In this document: positions 40,741 to 53,781 of the stretch, piece after piece
Layout of the letters: every line of letters begins with the position of its first letter
Numbering within the stretch: position 1 is the stretch's first letter
From: Octopus vulgaris
Lineage: Eukaryota
Length of the DNA stretch: 64,000 bases
Assembly: GCA_951406725.2 (NCBI GenBank)
Contig: OX597831.1
Location: 46,562,001 to 46,626,000, forward strand
Direction of reading: 5' to 3'
The notes under the pieces: model-generated
Seen by the model: the letters and a program-made list of their open reading frames with translations, nothing else
Told to the model about the DNA's origin: nothing
Database searches by the model: none
Program-made: the position numbers and the translations under genes

Positions 40741-40828
40741 TTTGCCAAAATATTTTCGTCGTTTTGAGACCGCGACCTGTTCACAATATTTTCGTCGTTT
40801 TGAGAACGCGACCTGTTCACTGACAAAA
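40741..40828 (-). ncRNA. Variant hammerhead-like motif (GUGAACA core) with a 36-bp tandem core duplication
   Basis: Minus tttgtca-[GTGAACA-g-gtcg..cgac-GAA-aatatt]x2-t-tggcaaa. Confidence 0.65.
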
Positions 40829-40839
40829 TTCCGTGCTAT

Positions 40840-40888
<49 letters not shown>

Positions 40889-41140
40889 GTATATTTATAT
40901 TTATATATAGTTCACAGATAAGGTCAAGATATTCTCTGTATTTAGACTCTGATGTCTTTTATAAGGGAGCATTCCACAAGGTGAAGCAAAATTTTAAGAG
41001 GGATGATCTGAAAGTTTCAATCTTTTGCTTTCTCTCGTTTTACAAGTGTGCATATTTACATATTTTGTATTTGATGTACTTCATATATTTAAATAATCTG
41101 ATGTGTCTAATTTATTTATCCTCATAATGCTTCCATAAAT

Positions 41141-41199
<59 letters not shown>

Positions 41200-41315
41200 C
41201 ATATACACGCGCAAGCAAACTCACATGTACATAAATATGTAAACGCGCACAGAATACATGAAATATATGCACGGATAGGCATCCACATATTTATATACAG
41301 AGAAAATATGACGGT

Positions 41316-41385
<70 letters not shown>

Positions 41386-41394
41386 GTATATATT

Positions 41395-41555
41395 CACGAC
41401 GAGATTCTTTCGGTTTCCGTCTACCAAATCCACTCACAAGGTTTTGGTCGGCCCGATGCTATAGTAGAAGACACTTGGCCAAGGTGCCTCGCAGTAAGAC
41501 TGAACCCGGAACCATGTTCTTGGTAAGGAAGCTACTTACCACACAGCCACTCCCA
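41395..41555 (-). mobile_element. SINE family B head
   Basis: tttccgtctaccaaatccactcacaagg...ttaccacacagccactcc. Confidence 0.85.
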
Positions 41556-41571
41556 TACATATAATAGTTTG

Positions 41572-41805
41572 TATATGCCAACAAAATGTGACAGTTCTAT
41601 AAAGGACGCTGTTACAGTTGCTTTAGCCCCAGGAAAGGTATACAGACACAAACTGTGTGTCGATAGCCGGCTGGAAAAAGGATTTTCCTGGGGCTAAAAC
41701 AACAGTTATATCATCCTTTATGGGACTGCCAGACTATGTTGGCGTATATACATTACTATCCGGTACTGTTACTGTATATCTCTTGCTCAGAGATTTAAAC
41801 AAGTT
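41572..41805 (+). mobile_element. Foldback fragment related to the 57680-58121 element
   Basis: 41572-41636 is inverted relative to 41683-41750; shares gtgtc.atagcc.gctgga.aagg, tcctggggcta and gctcagagattta. Confidence 0.7.
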
Positions 41806-41864
41806 GTTTCTCTCTCTCTCTCACCCTCCCTCTCTCTCTCTGTATATATATATATGTGTGTGTT

Positions 41865-41959
<95 letters not shown>

Positions 41960-41992
41960 GTATACACACACACACACACACACACACACATA

Positions 41993-42318
41993 GGAGTACG
42001 CCGTCGGTTACGACGACGAAGTTCCCAGCTGATACGACCAACGGAACAGCTTGTTCGTGAACTTAACGTGCAAAGTGGCTGAGCAATCCAAAGACACGCG
42101 TGCCCCTAACGTAGTTCTCAGGGAGTTTCAGCGTGACACAAAGTGTGACGAGGCTGGCCCTTTGAAATAGAGGTACAACTCATTTTTGCCGGCTGAGTGG
42201 ATTGCAGCCACGCGAAATAAAATGTTTTGCTCAAGGACTCAACGCGTCACCGGGAATTGCACTCACGACCTTACCATCGTGAGTCGAATGCCTTAACCAT
42301 TAAGCCACGCGCCTTCAC
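41993..42318 (-). mobile_element. tRNA-derived SINE with a family C-like head and a different tail
   Basis: Minus gaaggcgcgtggcttaatggttaagg...gagtccttgagcaaaacatttt. Confidence 0.8.
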
Positions 42319-42448
42319 TACACACACATACACGTATGTATGTATGTATGTATGTATGTATGTATGTATGTATGTATGTATGTATGTATGTATTTATGTA
42401 TGTATGTATGTATGTATGTACGCATGTATGTATGTATGTATGTGTGTG

Positions 42449-42490
<42 letters not shown>

Positions 42491-42744
42491 TGTATGTATA
42501 TATATATATATGCGTACATACCCGAATTATATGTGCTCTAAATGTTTCTAAATGTATGACCCTGAATATTCTTTGTATTCATTTGTACTAATATTTAATA
42601 TTTGTGTAAAACATCTTTGTTCCACATGTCGTTTTGTGTAATACTTCATTTGTATATTCTGTAAAACAATTTTTGAAACATGCTTTGCATGCATGGATGG
42701 TTGGTAGTTATAATGCGAGCTTGCAATATACTCTCAGCGTTGAA

Positions 42745-43062
42745 AAAAATGCCCTCGTTCCGGCTCTGTACTTTTTGAGTTCAATAACTATCAAGGTCGA
42801 CTTTGCCTTTCATCATGTCTGGATCGTTAGAATGAAATACCATCAAACACTGAGATTCGATGGTGTTGACTGTTCTTCTATTCTCAAAATTGTGACGCCT
42901 TGTGCCAAAATTCTTCTTCTTATTATTCTGCCGAGGTCGACTTTGCCTTTCATCTTTCGGAGTCGATAAAATAAGTACCAAGAACGTACTGGTGCCGATA
43001 TAATCGAGAAGCCACCACCTCCAAATTTCATGCCTTGTGCCTTTTGTAGAAAGGATTATTAT
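42745..43062 (+). mobile_element. Two SINE family A partial copies
   Basis: ggtcgactttgcctttcatc occurs twice. Confidence 0.8.
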
Positions 43063-43065
43063 TTT

Positions 43066-43214
43066 GGTGTGGCTCAGGTTCGACCTTATTCCTGGTAGGA
43101 TTTATGCGGGTCGCGGTTTACTACCTGTAACCTTAGGTATCTACAAGTTTTCAGAAGTCTTTCAAGTACATAGAATCCTCTTGATAATCCTTGTTGTCCG
43201 TGAGAGACAAACTT

Positions 43215-43217
<3 letters not shown>
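43066..43217 (-). mobile_element. Short 3' end of another Dong-like LINE at a (TAA)n tract
   Basis: Minus MKVCLSRTTRIIKRILCT* resembles QKxxLLGTARILRRVL; it abuts (TAA)n at 43218-43292. Confidence 0.55.
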
Positions 43218-43293
<76 letters not shown>

Positions 43294-43379
43294 AAGGCGG
43301 CGAGCTGACAGAATCGTGAGCAAGACGAGCAGAGTGCTTAACCTTAGGTATCCACAAGTTTTCAGTAGTCTTTCAAGAA

Positions 43380-43565
43380 TTTTGTGGGAGGGGGCCAGTC
43401 GATCAGATCGACTCCAGTACGCAACTGGTACTTAATTTATCGATCCCTAAAGGATGAAAGGCAAAGTCGACCTCCGCGGAATTTGAACTCAGAACGTAAA
43501 GACAGACGAAATACCGCTAAACATTTTGCCTGGCGTGCTAATGTTTCAGCCAGTTTGCCGCCTTT
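43380..43565 (-). mobile_element. SINE family A
   Basis: Head-to-body match. Confidence 0.88.
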
Positions 43566-46273
43566 AAAGCGCCAATTATTGCAAGACATTTTGTCAGACG
43601 CTGTAACGATTCTTCCAAACCATCTCCCTACTAGTAATTTTATCGCTCAGTCAGAGAAAGAACATCATACACGAACCCTTTTAGAACCAACAAAATGTTG
43701 GGAAGAAAGGAAGGAAGGAAGGAAGGGAGCATCTTTACGCCGGAGACTTGACTTCAACGCTTCTGAAACGTCTCTACTAAAATTACGCAAGTAGCTGATT
43801 AAGTCTATTCCGTAAGAGCAGGAACAGTCCTTCGCAGTGGTATCGAACTTGAAACACTTTGCTTTTAATCATACATCCACACCAGAGCGTTGATCAAATT
43901 AACTACAAAATGTGTGACTTTCCTTTTGCTAAGACTAGAAATCATTTTTTTCTCTACTAAAATCCCTTCGACATTTTGGATTTGATTTTGATATACTTTC
44001 AAAAGAGTAAGGTAAGTAGTTTTAGTGAAAAGGAAATGCTGAATTGAAAATTAAAATGGCGTCCTCTCACAGGCTTTGACAAGAGCTGTTCGGTCGTGTG
44101 CAGCGTTATATAACGAAAAGTACATTAGCCAAATTACTATAGCTGTCGTATTTGCTTGCTTGAACATGAACTTCGCAATTCTGTTAAAAGCTACAGGTAA
44201 TCTACAATTGGTCTAAAAATGCATCATCACTTAACTAGATGTAATCGCTTCTTCGTTTAGTTTATTTTTATATATTTCTTTTTTTTTTGTCTTTGTTTTA
44301 TATGTGTGTGTGTGCTCTCTGTTTGTATGTATGGGTGTATGAGTATGTTTGTATATGTATGCATGAAAATGTATGCGTTTGAGTGTATATGTATGCGTGT
44401 GTGTTTATTACATGTTGGATCTGTTTGTCTAGTTGCGGCAAAAATATCCTGCATAAATTTCCATTGATATTTAATATCAAACCGCAATAGACAATTGGCT
44501 GCATCAGTTCCTCAACTAAAGTGTTGTGCAATGAAACATCAAATATACGTATATTAGCGCAGTATTGAGCTCTATGCAGTATACTTAATGCATATCTCTT
44601 CCTCGGCATTGGAGAAAAAAAAAAGAAGACAGAGACAGAGATAGAGAGAAAAGGTTTGAGAGAGATAGAGGGGTTGAGAATGAAACACATTGATGACGTA
44701 TCAATTGACCTGTATGGGCATAACTTTGTGATTCTATTGCCATGTAAATCTGAAATACTCTCACCCGAACTTAATGGTGTGTAGCTTGATAAGAACAGTA
44801 TCGAAGGTGTAAATTCTGAGTGGATCCAGGTTTGGAACCGGTATCAATTCCTTATGTCAAATGCAATTCGTTTACGGCACTAAACGGTGACGCAAAGCAA
44901 GTAAAATGATTACTTCCGGGATAAGCGTTACAGCTTCCCATCAAATCATTCGTTAATACTTAACTTTATGATAGTAATTGCTGAAAGTATATGTGTACTT
45001 TTGTTTTGTGTTTTTACACTATTTTCGGCTCCTATTAAAAATTACGACATCCCAGCCGTGGGCAACATGTTACTCCGTTATCCGATGTGTTTTTCCATTT
45101 CTTTTATATATGGTGCATTTTAATGATGATTTAGCTACTAATCCTAACAGGTGAAGCGACCAAGTAGAAAACCAATCACAGGCTTATTGTTTAATTTCAT
45201 ACACAACTTTTCTGAAGGTTAATACATGAAGGACTAAATGAATAAATTGTAGTTTGGTGGATTCAGCGACTTATAGCTTTGAGATCGAATCCTCTTAGAT
45301 ATAAAACTAAGAAAAACGTGATAAAAGCAGTTAATTCGCCACATGAAATATATTTTAGTCTTACAATAAAGTAATTTGTGAAATAAAATTAAGTGAAATA
45401 AGAATAGATAAAGGAGAAAAAAAGGATTGTAATGCTTGATTATCAAGCGATCGAAATTTCGAGATACACTGATGTTTTCAACTTTGATGTCCTTCAGGTT
45501 ACATTGATATCTGGTTAGATTGTAGTGGCACAAACAATACGAATCTTTTTCTCTTTTCCTTTTATTACAATACGGATTATAACGAAGCAGTCACAATAAT
45601 AAACCGTCTCTAAGATTGTTATCACATACAAATATAATTAAATTTCTTCCCTTCGGGGATGTAATAGATGCATTTCTTCATTTTATTTACAGAACAATTT
45701 GACTCCGAAAATGTCTACTTAAATGGGACTTGAGCTACAATTAAGAATATGTGACAGTTTACGATTCTGACGATCCTGGAGGGTGCTTTATATACTTTGC
45801 CATCCTTATACTCCATTATAACTAACTATTGAATTGAGGTTTGTGAACTTCTTTGTCTCGCTTTGTCCCGCGAACTATAGTGCTGGGTTTGGAGCAAATA
45901 AAATATTTGTATATTGAAACAGAGTTAGGCTATAAATTAACATGATACATTGTGTAAACGAACGCCAAATAAGCTCTACACCACTGAAGTAGTCTGGAAC
46001 TTTCTTTAAATTACTTATAAATTTACATAACAGCAAACACCTTTTACCGTCATCTTAACATCAGACTGTCATCTTATAATTAAATTACTTTTAAAATAAA
46101 ATTTTAATTTACTTATGTTTTGACAGACATTCTCTAGAAAAATACTCTGTACAAACCTATATATATATGGCACCCTGGTCATAAAACCAAATTGAACTTC
46201 TAACTTGCTGTCTCTTGAGGTCTCCGGGTGAGACTTGGAGTCAACGTGTGCAAATACAAGGCAAATACAAAAC

Positions 46274-46307
<34 letters not shown>

Positions 46308-46309
<2 letters not shown>

Positions 46310-46870
46310 AAATGAATGCCCTGATGCTGGAGCAAGTAGTGGCTCTCATGGCTTCTGATTTTAACTGATTGGAAGTGTTATCATGTACATTGTTTTCTCT
46401 TGGTATAAAAGATGTGCTACAACAAATATTCTGCTCAATACCACAGATTTGCTTGTCAGTTGTTTGACCTTAACCAGTTGATCATGTCCCTTAGTGGCTG
46501 ATGATATGTGCCTCTCTGATCATGAGCAGAAGTAGCGAGGGAGCATTATAGCCATGTATTGAGAGGAATTCTTTGGAGTTTGGATAATTCACCTCTGGAA
46601 ACATGGGTATTTCATTCAACATTCTTAAACAAGCCTTATTCAGGCACCTTTTGAGTGGGATGGGCTACTCGACCTGAAGAAAATTATCATTGAGCTCACC
46701 GGCAAGATAATCCGCTGTTCATCTTGAGATGAGATTATCATGTCGCGCACATATGGTTGTGATGCATGTGCCTGAGGTACCCTCATCAGACGAGTAGTCA
46801 TGATGAGTATACTGAGCTTCGTATATTTTATACTAGTGTCACTTTGATGGCATGCACTGCTCTCTCACTC
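46308..46870 (+). mobile_element. ~560-bp non-coding element flanked by (TAA)n on both sides
   Basis: Its 5' part recurs at 47695-47825; no ORF. Confidence 0.65.
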
Positions 46871-46904
46871 AATAATAATGATAATAACAATAACAATAAT
46901 AATG

Positions 46905-46976
<72 letters not shown>

Positions 46977-46978
<2 letters not shown>

Positions 46979-47254
46979 CTAGAATGTGGAATCTGAAAAC
47001 AGAAACAATTCCTATCATAGTAGGTGCATTAGGCATGATAAAAAAATATTCAGATAAATACATAACAAAAACACCAGGACTTACAAACACATATAACATA
47101 CAGAAAATTGCACTACTAGGCACTGCACACATCCTACGCAGAACACTTTCCATACAATAACCATCAGAGCATCACAACAAATCACAGCACATACCCAAGG
47201 CACACAGAGCTGCGCTCGGTAGTGAAGTGAAAGCACGCTATAAAAATAAAACTA

Positions 47255-47258
<4 letters not shown>
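46977..47258 (+). mobile_element. 5'-truncated copy of the Dong LINE within (TAA)n
   Basis: Near-identical to the reverse complement of 5520-5800 (MWNLKTETIPIIVGALG...GTAHILRRTLSIQ* plus 3' UTR); (TAA)n on both sides. Confidence 0.95.
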
Positions 47259-47316
<58 letters not shown>

Positions 47317-48317
47317 GTACAACAACAATAACAACAACAGCAGCAGCAATAACAAAAGAACAATAAGAATAATATTTCTTTTCCTTCTAAATGCTTTTTG
47401 CATCGCTAGTCTAAAAATGCAAATGCAGCAACAGTAAATCAGGGATGTTTTCGGCCCAAGGATGTCACAGAGCACAACTCATGCGTCAGCAAATGAAATT
47501 TCTCCTTGCACATTGACAATAGCAAGCCATGCAACCCAGAAGCCCTCTCAGCTACATCCGGTGAAAACTAGAAGAATCCCTCACCTCAGCGCCAGTAACA
47601 AGAACTACAAATAAATGAATAAGAAATGCCCTTTTTAATCAGAAACACCACCTGTTTATGAGGATGAGAACAGGACGGAAGCAGTGTGTGTTTTGCAGGT
47701 ACCAGGCAGTGGCTCTATGCTCTGATGCAGTACAAGGCAGTGGCTCAATACCCTGATACAGTACCAGGCAGTGGCTCTCGTGGCTTCTGATCTTAACTGA
47801 TTGAAAGTGTTATCATGTACATGTTCCGAAAAAATATAAAACAGAAAAATGACAAAACAGGAAAACTAAAAAAAAACAACAAAACAAAACATCTTGTGAA
47901 GGAGAGCCAATGTTGTATGAATTGAAACCAACTCCCACTCTAAACAAAATGAAACTCGCAGCCAATGGCAATAATAACAAAACTCTACAATAAATCTTAT
48001 ACAGCACAAGAAATTTGCAGATGAAGTACAGTTTGAGAAGAAAAAGGGATCACATTGTATGTAAGCGGCATAAAAAGAGTTGAATTACTTATGCACACAC
48101 CACAATAGACTTTACGAAGTGTTATATCTCAACTATCCAGAGGAAATGAAAGCACTGCTCGGTTGAAGAGTTGAAACTACAAACATGATCATGAGCTCAA
48201 AATTCTAACCATAATCAACCAGAGACCCAAGGCACGTATATATTTGATGGAGAGAAACTTCCGAGAATGTGGGCTATTGATGTCAACACAATGTTTTGAG
48301 TCTCATCAATTGTTGGC

Positions 48318-49030
48318 TTCCCGCTGAGGTTGACTTCGCCTCTCATCCTTTCGGGGTTGATGGAATAAGTACCAGTTATGCACTGGTACTAATCGACGTC
48401 TCCCCTCGCACCAAATTTCAGATCTTGTGCTTGTAAAAGAAAAGATTATTTTAATATTATTCTTAAGGTGGCGAGCTGGCAGAATCATTAGTACGCCGGG
48501 CGAAATGCTTAGCGGTATTTCGTCTGCCGCTGCACTCTGAGTTCAAATTCCGCCGAGGTCGACTTTGCCTTTCATCCTTTCGGGAGTCGATAAATTAAGT
48601 ACCAGTTATGCACTGGGGTCGATATAATCGACTTAATCCCTTTGTATGTCCTTGTTTGTCCTCTCTGTATTTAGCCCCTTGTGAGTAGTAAAGAAATAGG
48701 TATTTCGTCTGCCGCTGCGTTCTGGTTTCAAATTCCGCCGAGGTCGACTTTGTCTTTTATCCTTTTGAGTCGATAAAATAGCTATCAGTTGAGTATTGGG
48801 TTCGATAAAATTTCAGGCCTTGTACCTGTAGTGGAAAGGATTATTAAGGCGGTGAGCTGGCAGAATCGTTAGCACGCCGAGCAAAGTGCTTAACGGTATT
48901 TCGCCCGTCCTTACGTTCTGAGTTCAAATTCCGCCGAGGTCGATGAAATACGTACCAGTCGAGTACTAGGGTTGATGTAATCGACTTCCCCAAACTTCCT
49001 GGCTTTGGGCCAAAATTTGAAACCATTATT
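48318..49030 (+). mobile_element. Cluster/multimer of SINE family A
   Basis: Four partial or complete units; junction gtaaagaaataggtatttcg at ~48690. Confidence 0.9.
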
Positions 49031-49091
49031 GCTGTTGTTATTGTTGTTATATTGCATGTTTAATTATTTAATTATTTATATGTGTAGATAA

Positions 49092-49402
49092 AGGAGTCGC
49101 AATGGCCCAATTGTTAGGGCAAAGGACTCGCGGTTGTACGGTTACGGTTTCGATTCCCAGACAGGGCGTTGTGAGTGTTTATTGAACGAAAACACCTAAA
49201 GCTCCACCGGGCTCCGGCAGGGGGTGGTGGCGATCCCTGCTGTACTCTTTCGCCACAACTTTCTTTCACTAATTCTTCTGTTGGCCTGCTCGCTTAGCCA
49301 GCGGGGTGGCGTCATTTAAAGGCTAAAGCAATTGAAAGCGCATTGTGACCAGCGATGTGTAGCAACATCTGATAGCCTGGTCTGTCACGGTGATCACGGT
49401 GA
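49092..49402 (+). mobile_element. SINE family E
   Basis: ggagtcgcaatggcccaattgttagggc...ggtttcgattcccagac; tail ends (tcacggtga)2. Confidence 0.85.
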
Positions 49403-49859
49403 TGTATAGACAAATAAACAGTCATGTAAATAAATTGCTGTCCTAGCTAGGGAAAAGGTTTTCTTCTATTTGCTTAATGCTACGTTAATTCAATATAATT
49501 ATCAACTCTTATGGCACAATGCGACTCAATTAGTAGTATCAGAAAAATTGCATTTGAACATGTCTGTAATTGCAAGGATCCAAGGCTATTTTGCTGTGGT
49601 TTTGTCTGTTTAGAGTTCAAATTTGCCCTAAGAAGAATAGATCTCCTGCCGCTTGCAACTTCTCACCCACCATCTGAGATAAAAAGTGTTAGGTATCGAT
49701 TTTCTCACTGACACAGCAAAATGCCAGTCAGTGATATGCTAGTATTTATTCCGTAAATCATTACCCTAAATAGCTTATCCATACGACTACTTCAACTTCC
49801 CTCACTCACACGCAAACACATACACATACACACACACACATGTGCAGAAAGAGAGGGAG

Positions 49860-49892
<33 letters not shown>

Positions 49893-50608
49893 CACTTTCT
49901 TTTTCTCTTTCTGTCTTATCCTGTATCGGTGTCTCTCTGTCCCACACAAACATATATACGAAAGCAAATATTATATAATACCTTAACATATTTAGAGTTA
50001 AAAATTTATTAGATTAGACCATTATCCTGAATGAAAAGCTTTTATTTCGATTATTTTAGACACTCAAACTTTATTTCCTTTCTTCGAAAATAATAAAAAT
50101 GGTAAAATGTGCCACATTTAACTTGATGGCATTAACTTTGAACTTACACTTTAAAAAAGGCAGCATTGCTATCAATCGATTTTGGTTGAATAACTAAGAA
50201 AACCAAAAATACTTCTGAGAGAATAATTCCATTACAGTTTGTGTTTCGTAGGTATCGAAAGCTGGATCTTTGATAGCAGATAAGAGATTAAGAATTAGAT
50301 CACTCGATAGTTATCCCAGAATTCCAAGACTTCTAAAATGGCCTAACGGGGTTAATTTCTACTTTTTGCAAAATCTTTCGTGTTTTGTTTTCATTTCCAT
50401 GTTTTCACCTTTTTTAATGAAGTTATATGCTTCTTTATCGCTCTCTCACTAATTACATTTCTCCTTTTTTACTAATTGCATTTATTAATCTATGTTTCCA
50501 TCTATATATAAACATACATATACACGCTCACACACAGATTTACATGCATACACATTTATATTATGCACATACACATATATATTATACACACACATATATA
50601 TGAGCCCA

Positions 50609-50658
<50 letters not shown>

Positions 50659-50828
50659 TATTTGCACACACGAATATATATATATATATATATATTTACA
50701 CACACGAATATATATATATAAATATACAATGTTTATCTATACAGTAGAAAGAAACAGTACACGTATATATGAGTCAATACACACGCACACATGTATATGT
50801 GGACTCATATATACGTGTTTTCTTTCAA

Positions 50829-50867
<39 letters not shown>

Positions 50868-50883
50868 TATATACGTATGCATG

Positions 50884-50918
<35 letters not shown>

Positions 50919-51079
50919 ATACGTATGCATGTATATATATTTCTTTACTGCCCACAAGGGGCTAAACATAGAGGGGACAAACAAGGAATACACATACATG
51001 CGTGTATGTGTGCATGTGTGCGTGTGTGTGTGTATGAGAGACTTGGGAATCAGTGTGTGCAATGATACATCATTATATG

Positions 51080-51660
51080 TGTACATTACCAAGATGGCAA
51101 CAAAATGTAGACAGCTGGGAGGATGAATACAAAAGATTTTCAAAACAAGATACCAAGAAGTCATGTTGACCCTGTGGAGGGCCTATTTCTCAGCCGCCTG
51201 GACTACTGCTCTTACCTGTTGTCACTACATAGTGCCAAACTTACAGCAGTGCTTAAACGGTCCATTGTCACTACACTAAAAAGAAGCTGAAAAAACTACG
51301 ACTTTACTTCCTGGAGCGAAGACGCGACAGGTATGTGATAACGTACTTATGAAAATTCTGGAAGGACTAGAATCTAATTTCGGCTTCGAGTACCCGAACT
51401 GAACACCACTGCATTGTGCCAATGGTACCGTCCGCCCCATCTAAAGTCAGGATCACGTGCAGTAATAACTTAGGTTTTAAAGGCTAACAATTCTTCAACG
51501 CCCTCCCACCCCAAAAGAAACCTACATAATGTGGTCGTGGATGTCGCCAAAAAGGAACCGGACATCCTTATATCCACGATACCAGATGAACGGACTGCTA
51601 TAAAGTATAGATGGGCAAGCAGTGTCAAACTTTGTCATACATAAAATGAGCCAACAATCA
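51080..51660 (+). mobile_element. CR1-type LINE 3' fragment
   Basis: IFKTRYQEVMLTLWR..LDYCS; LERRRDRY. Confidence 0.7.
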
Positions 51661-51689
51661 AGGAGAAAAGCATCAAATGTCGGTAGACT

Positions 51690-52990
51690 TACAGCTAGGC
51701 ACCTGGATAGGCATATCTATGCCTCCAAAAGTGTTGTGAGACGCTGCATGAATGAACTGGTTACATTTCTGTGCATCTGATTAGGTCTAGATTTCCAGAG
51801 CAAGAACTGAGATGAAGAGACGAGCAGGGTGACTAATTTCAATCAGAACTGACCGAGAGAAAGCTATATCTGAAAAGTCTGGGAGAGGTGTCGAACGCTC
51901 CGTCATATATTATCGCCCGGCCGACGTGTCTGGCGCCTCTTCATATCCCACGGAACTGGAGCACCTGTTCTTTTGCTTCCTTTGGAAGGAACGCATTCCA
52001 CTGGTCCATTTGTTGTCAACGCACACTCAGAGAAGGACTGAGATTGCTGTGGATGATGATGCACAGACATCCGTTGAAGCTGCGAGACATTCCGTATTTC
52101 CTTTAAAGTCGGAATGTGTAATCGTCGTTTTTCAGATTCACTTTTCCACAGCTCGTCCCTTTGACTAAGCTGCAGTCCTGGATCAAGCCTAGACAGAAAC
52201 AAGGCGTCCGACACTTAACTATCGCCAGGCACTCACAGCACTCTACCAGTTAGTGGCTGTCCCACGTTGGCATTTTATAGAGGCTTAGTGGCGGACAAGT
52301 GGGACAATATTCTTGGGTAGACTCTGGGCATCGGCGAGAATCAATTGACTTGTCTTTTGCCAAGGACGAACGAACCAGGGCCCATGAATAATTTCTAGAA
52401 AACTCTGGCCTGGCAGTGCTACCGGGAATGCATTGCTCCTTTAAGATTGGCTCTTTGGTGGAGAACTGCCGTCAGCCGGGCCTCGTCGAGATGTACACAG
52501 TGACGAAACTGTTGTTTCCGTTGTGTCAGCAGAAGAGATTGTGTGGTGAATCAGACTAAGAGTACTGAAAACAGATACCTGTTTGGCCCGGCTCTCATCA
52601 GCTTATTCAAATTTTGATTGGAGAACGAAAATGAGGGTGGAGAAGGGAGTGCTGCCTTTCAGCAAATTTGCTGAAAGATGGATGAGTATGACAATGATGG
52701 TCCGAATGAACGGGCTCGCTCTGAGCAAACGCCTGTAAATTGAGAAAGGAAGATAGTGAGAAGTGGAGGGTACCTGCCCTAGTGATCAGAGCAAGTGGTT
52801 TTGAGAGGTTTCTACGAGCGACCCTCGGAAGCTTACTCTCTATGGGGTATTATTTCTTGTGTTTTGTTCCTTTGCTTTTGTTATTTTGCTGTTTACTCGT
52901 TTTAATGTAACCTTACATTGTATTTTATTTTATAAAGGCCACCACGTTGATCATGCGCTCGGTTCATGTATTAAGTCTTGTCAAAATCTG
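51690..52990 (+). mobile_element. L1/Tx1-clade LINE ORF2 C-terminal relic
   Basis: ELEHLFFCFLWKERIPLV; LLWMMMHRHPLKLR; FYRGLV; NNF*KTLAWQCYRE. Confidence 0.7.
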
Positions 52991-53781
52991 TATACACACT
53001 CAGGTACGTATTTATACCCAAGCTGGACTGAACCAGTAAATTTAATATAGTGACTGTATATGCGCTGAGCACGGAATACGAGCCTTTGACAATACAGTTG
53101 TTTGTGATGTAAAAATTTTCATTTAGTTTTCCTATTTAAAAAAATATTTTCCCAACTCGAATTGCACTTTTTCATAAGCAAACAAAAGCGATGTTGGGGA
53201 GGAATACCAGTATCTTTAACATGAACAACATAAAACACTATCAAAGTTTCGAAAGGAGTGACGCATTACAAAGAATTAAACCTACACACAAAGACAAACA
53301 TGTATTTCAGAAATGTTTTCTTTACAAAAGAATTGTAAAAGAAATATTACACCCAAGATATAAACATATTTATTTCCATGATGTAACAGTAGAGGGCGTC
53401 TTTTCTTAAAATGACGTATTTATTTTAATTGTTGCTGCACTTCGTTTATTAATTGTTGTCAAACAAGATTTTAGAAATAATAATTATTATCATTTATAAT
53501 TTTAGCAGAAGACCGGAAATTTTGAAGGGAGGGGAAATCCCCAGTAATTGACTTGCATTTTATTTTATCGATCCCGTACTTGACTAACAATTTATTTTAT
53601 TGATCCCCGAAACAATGAAAAGCAATGTTGGCCTCGGGAGGATTTGAAATTTTAATTCTGTTATGAGCTGTAGACTCCCTACAAATATAGAAATTATAAG
53701 ATCTTTAGAAAAGAGAATCTGCTATGATATTGCAATAGTGACAAAGGAGGTGAATAAAGAAGTCGCTGATGATGAATATGA

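Noticed and set aside
41650-41710. Hammerhead-like junction around gtgtcga/tagcc..ggcta
   Set aside because: No GAAA or stem III, and the stem I pairing is not kept in the 58018 copy.
46770-46825. CTGATGAG on the minus strand
   Set aside because: No correctly placed GAAA or closing stems.
51903-52214. 103-aa minus-strand ORF
   Set aside because: It is the antisense shadow of the plus-strand L1/Tx1 relic.
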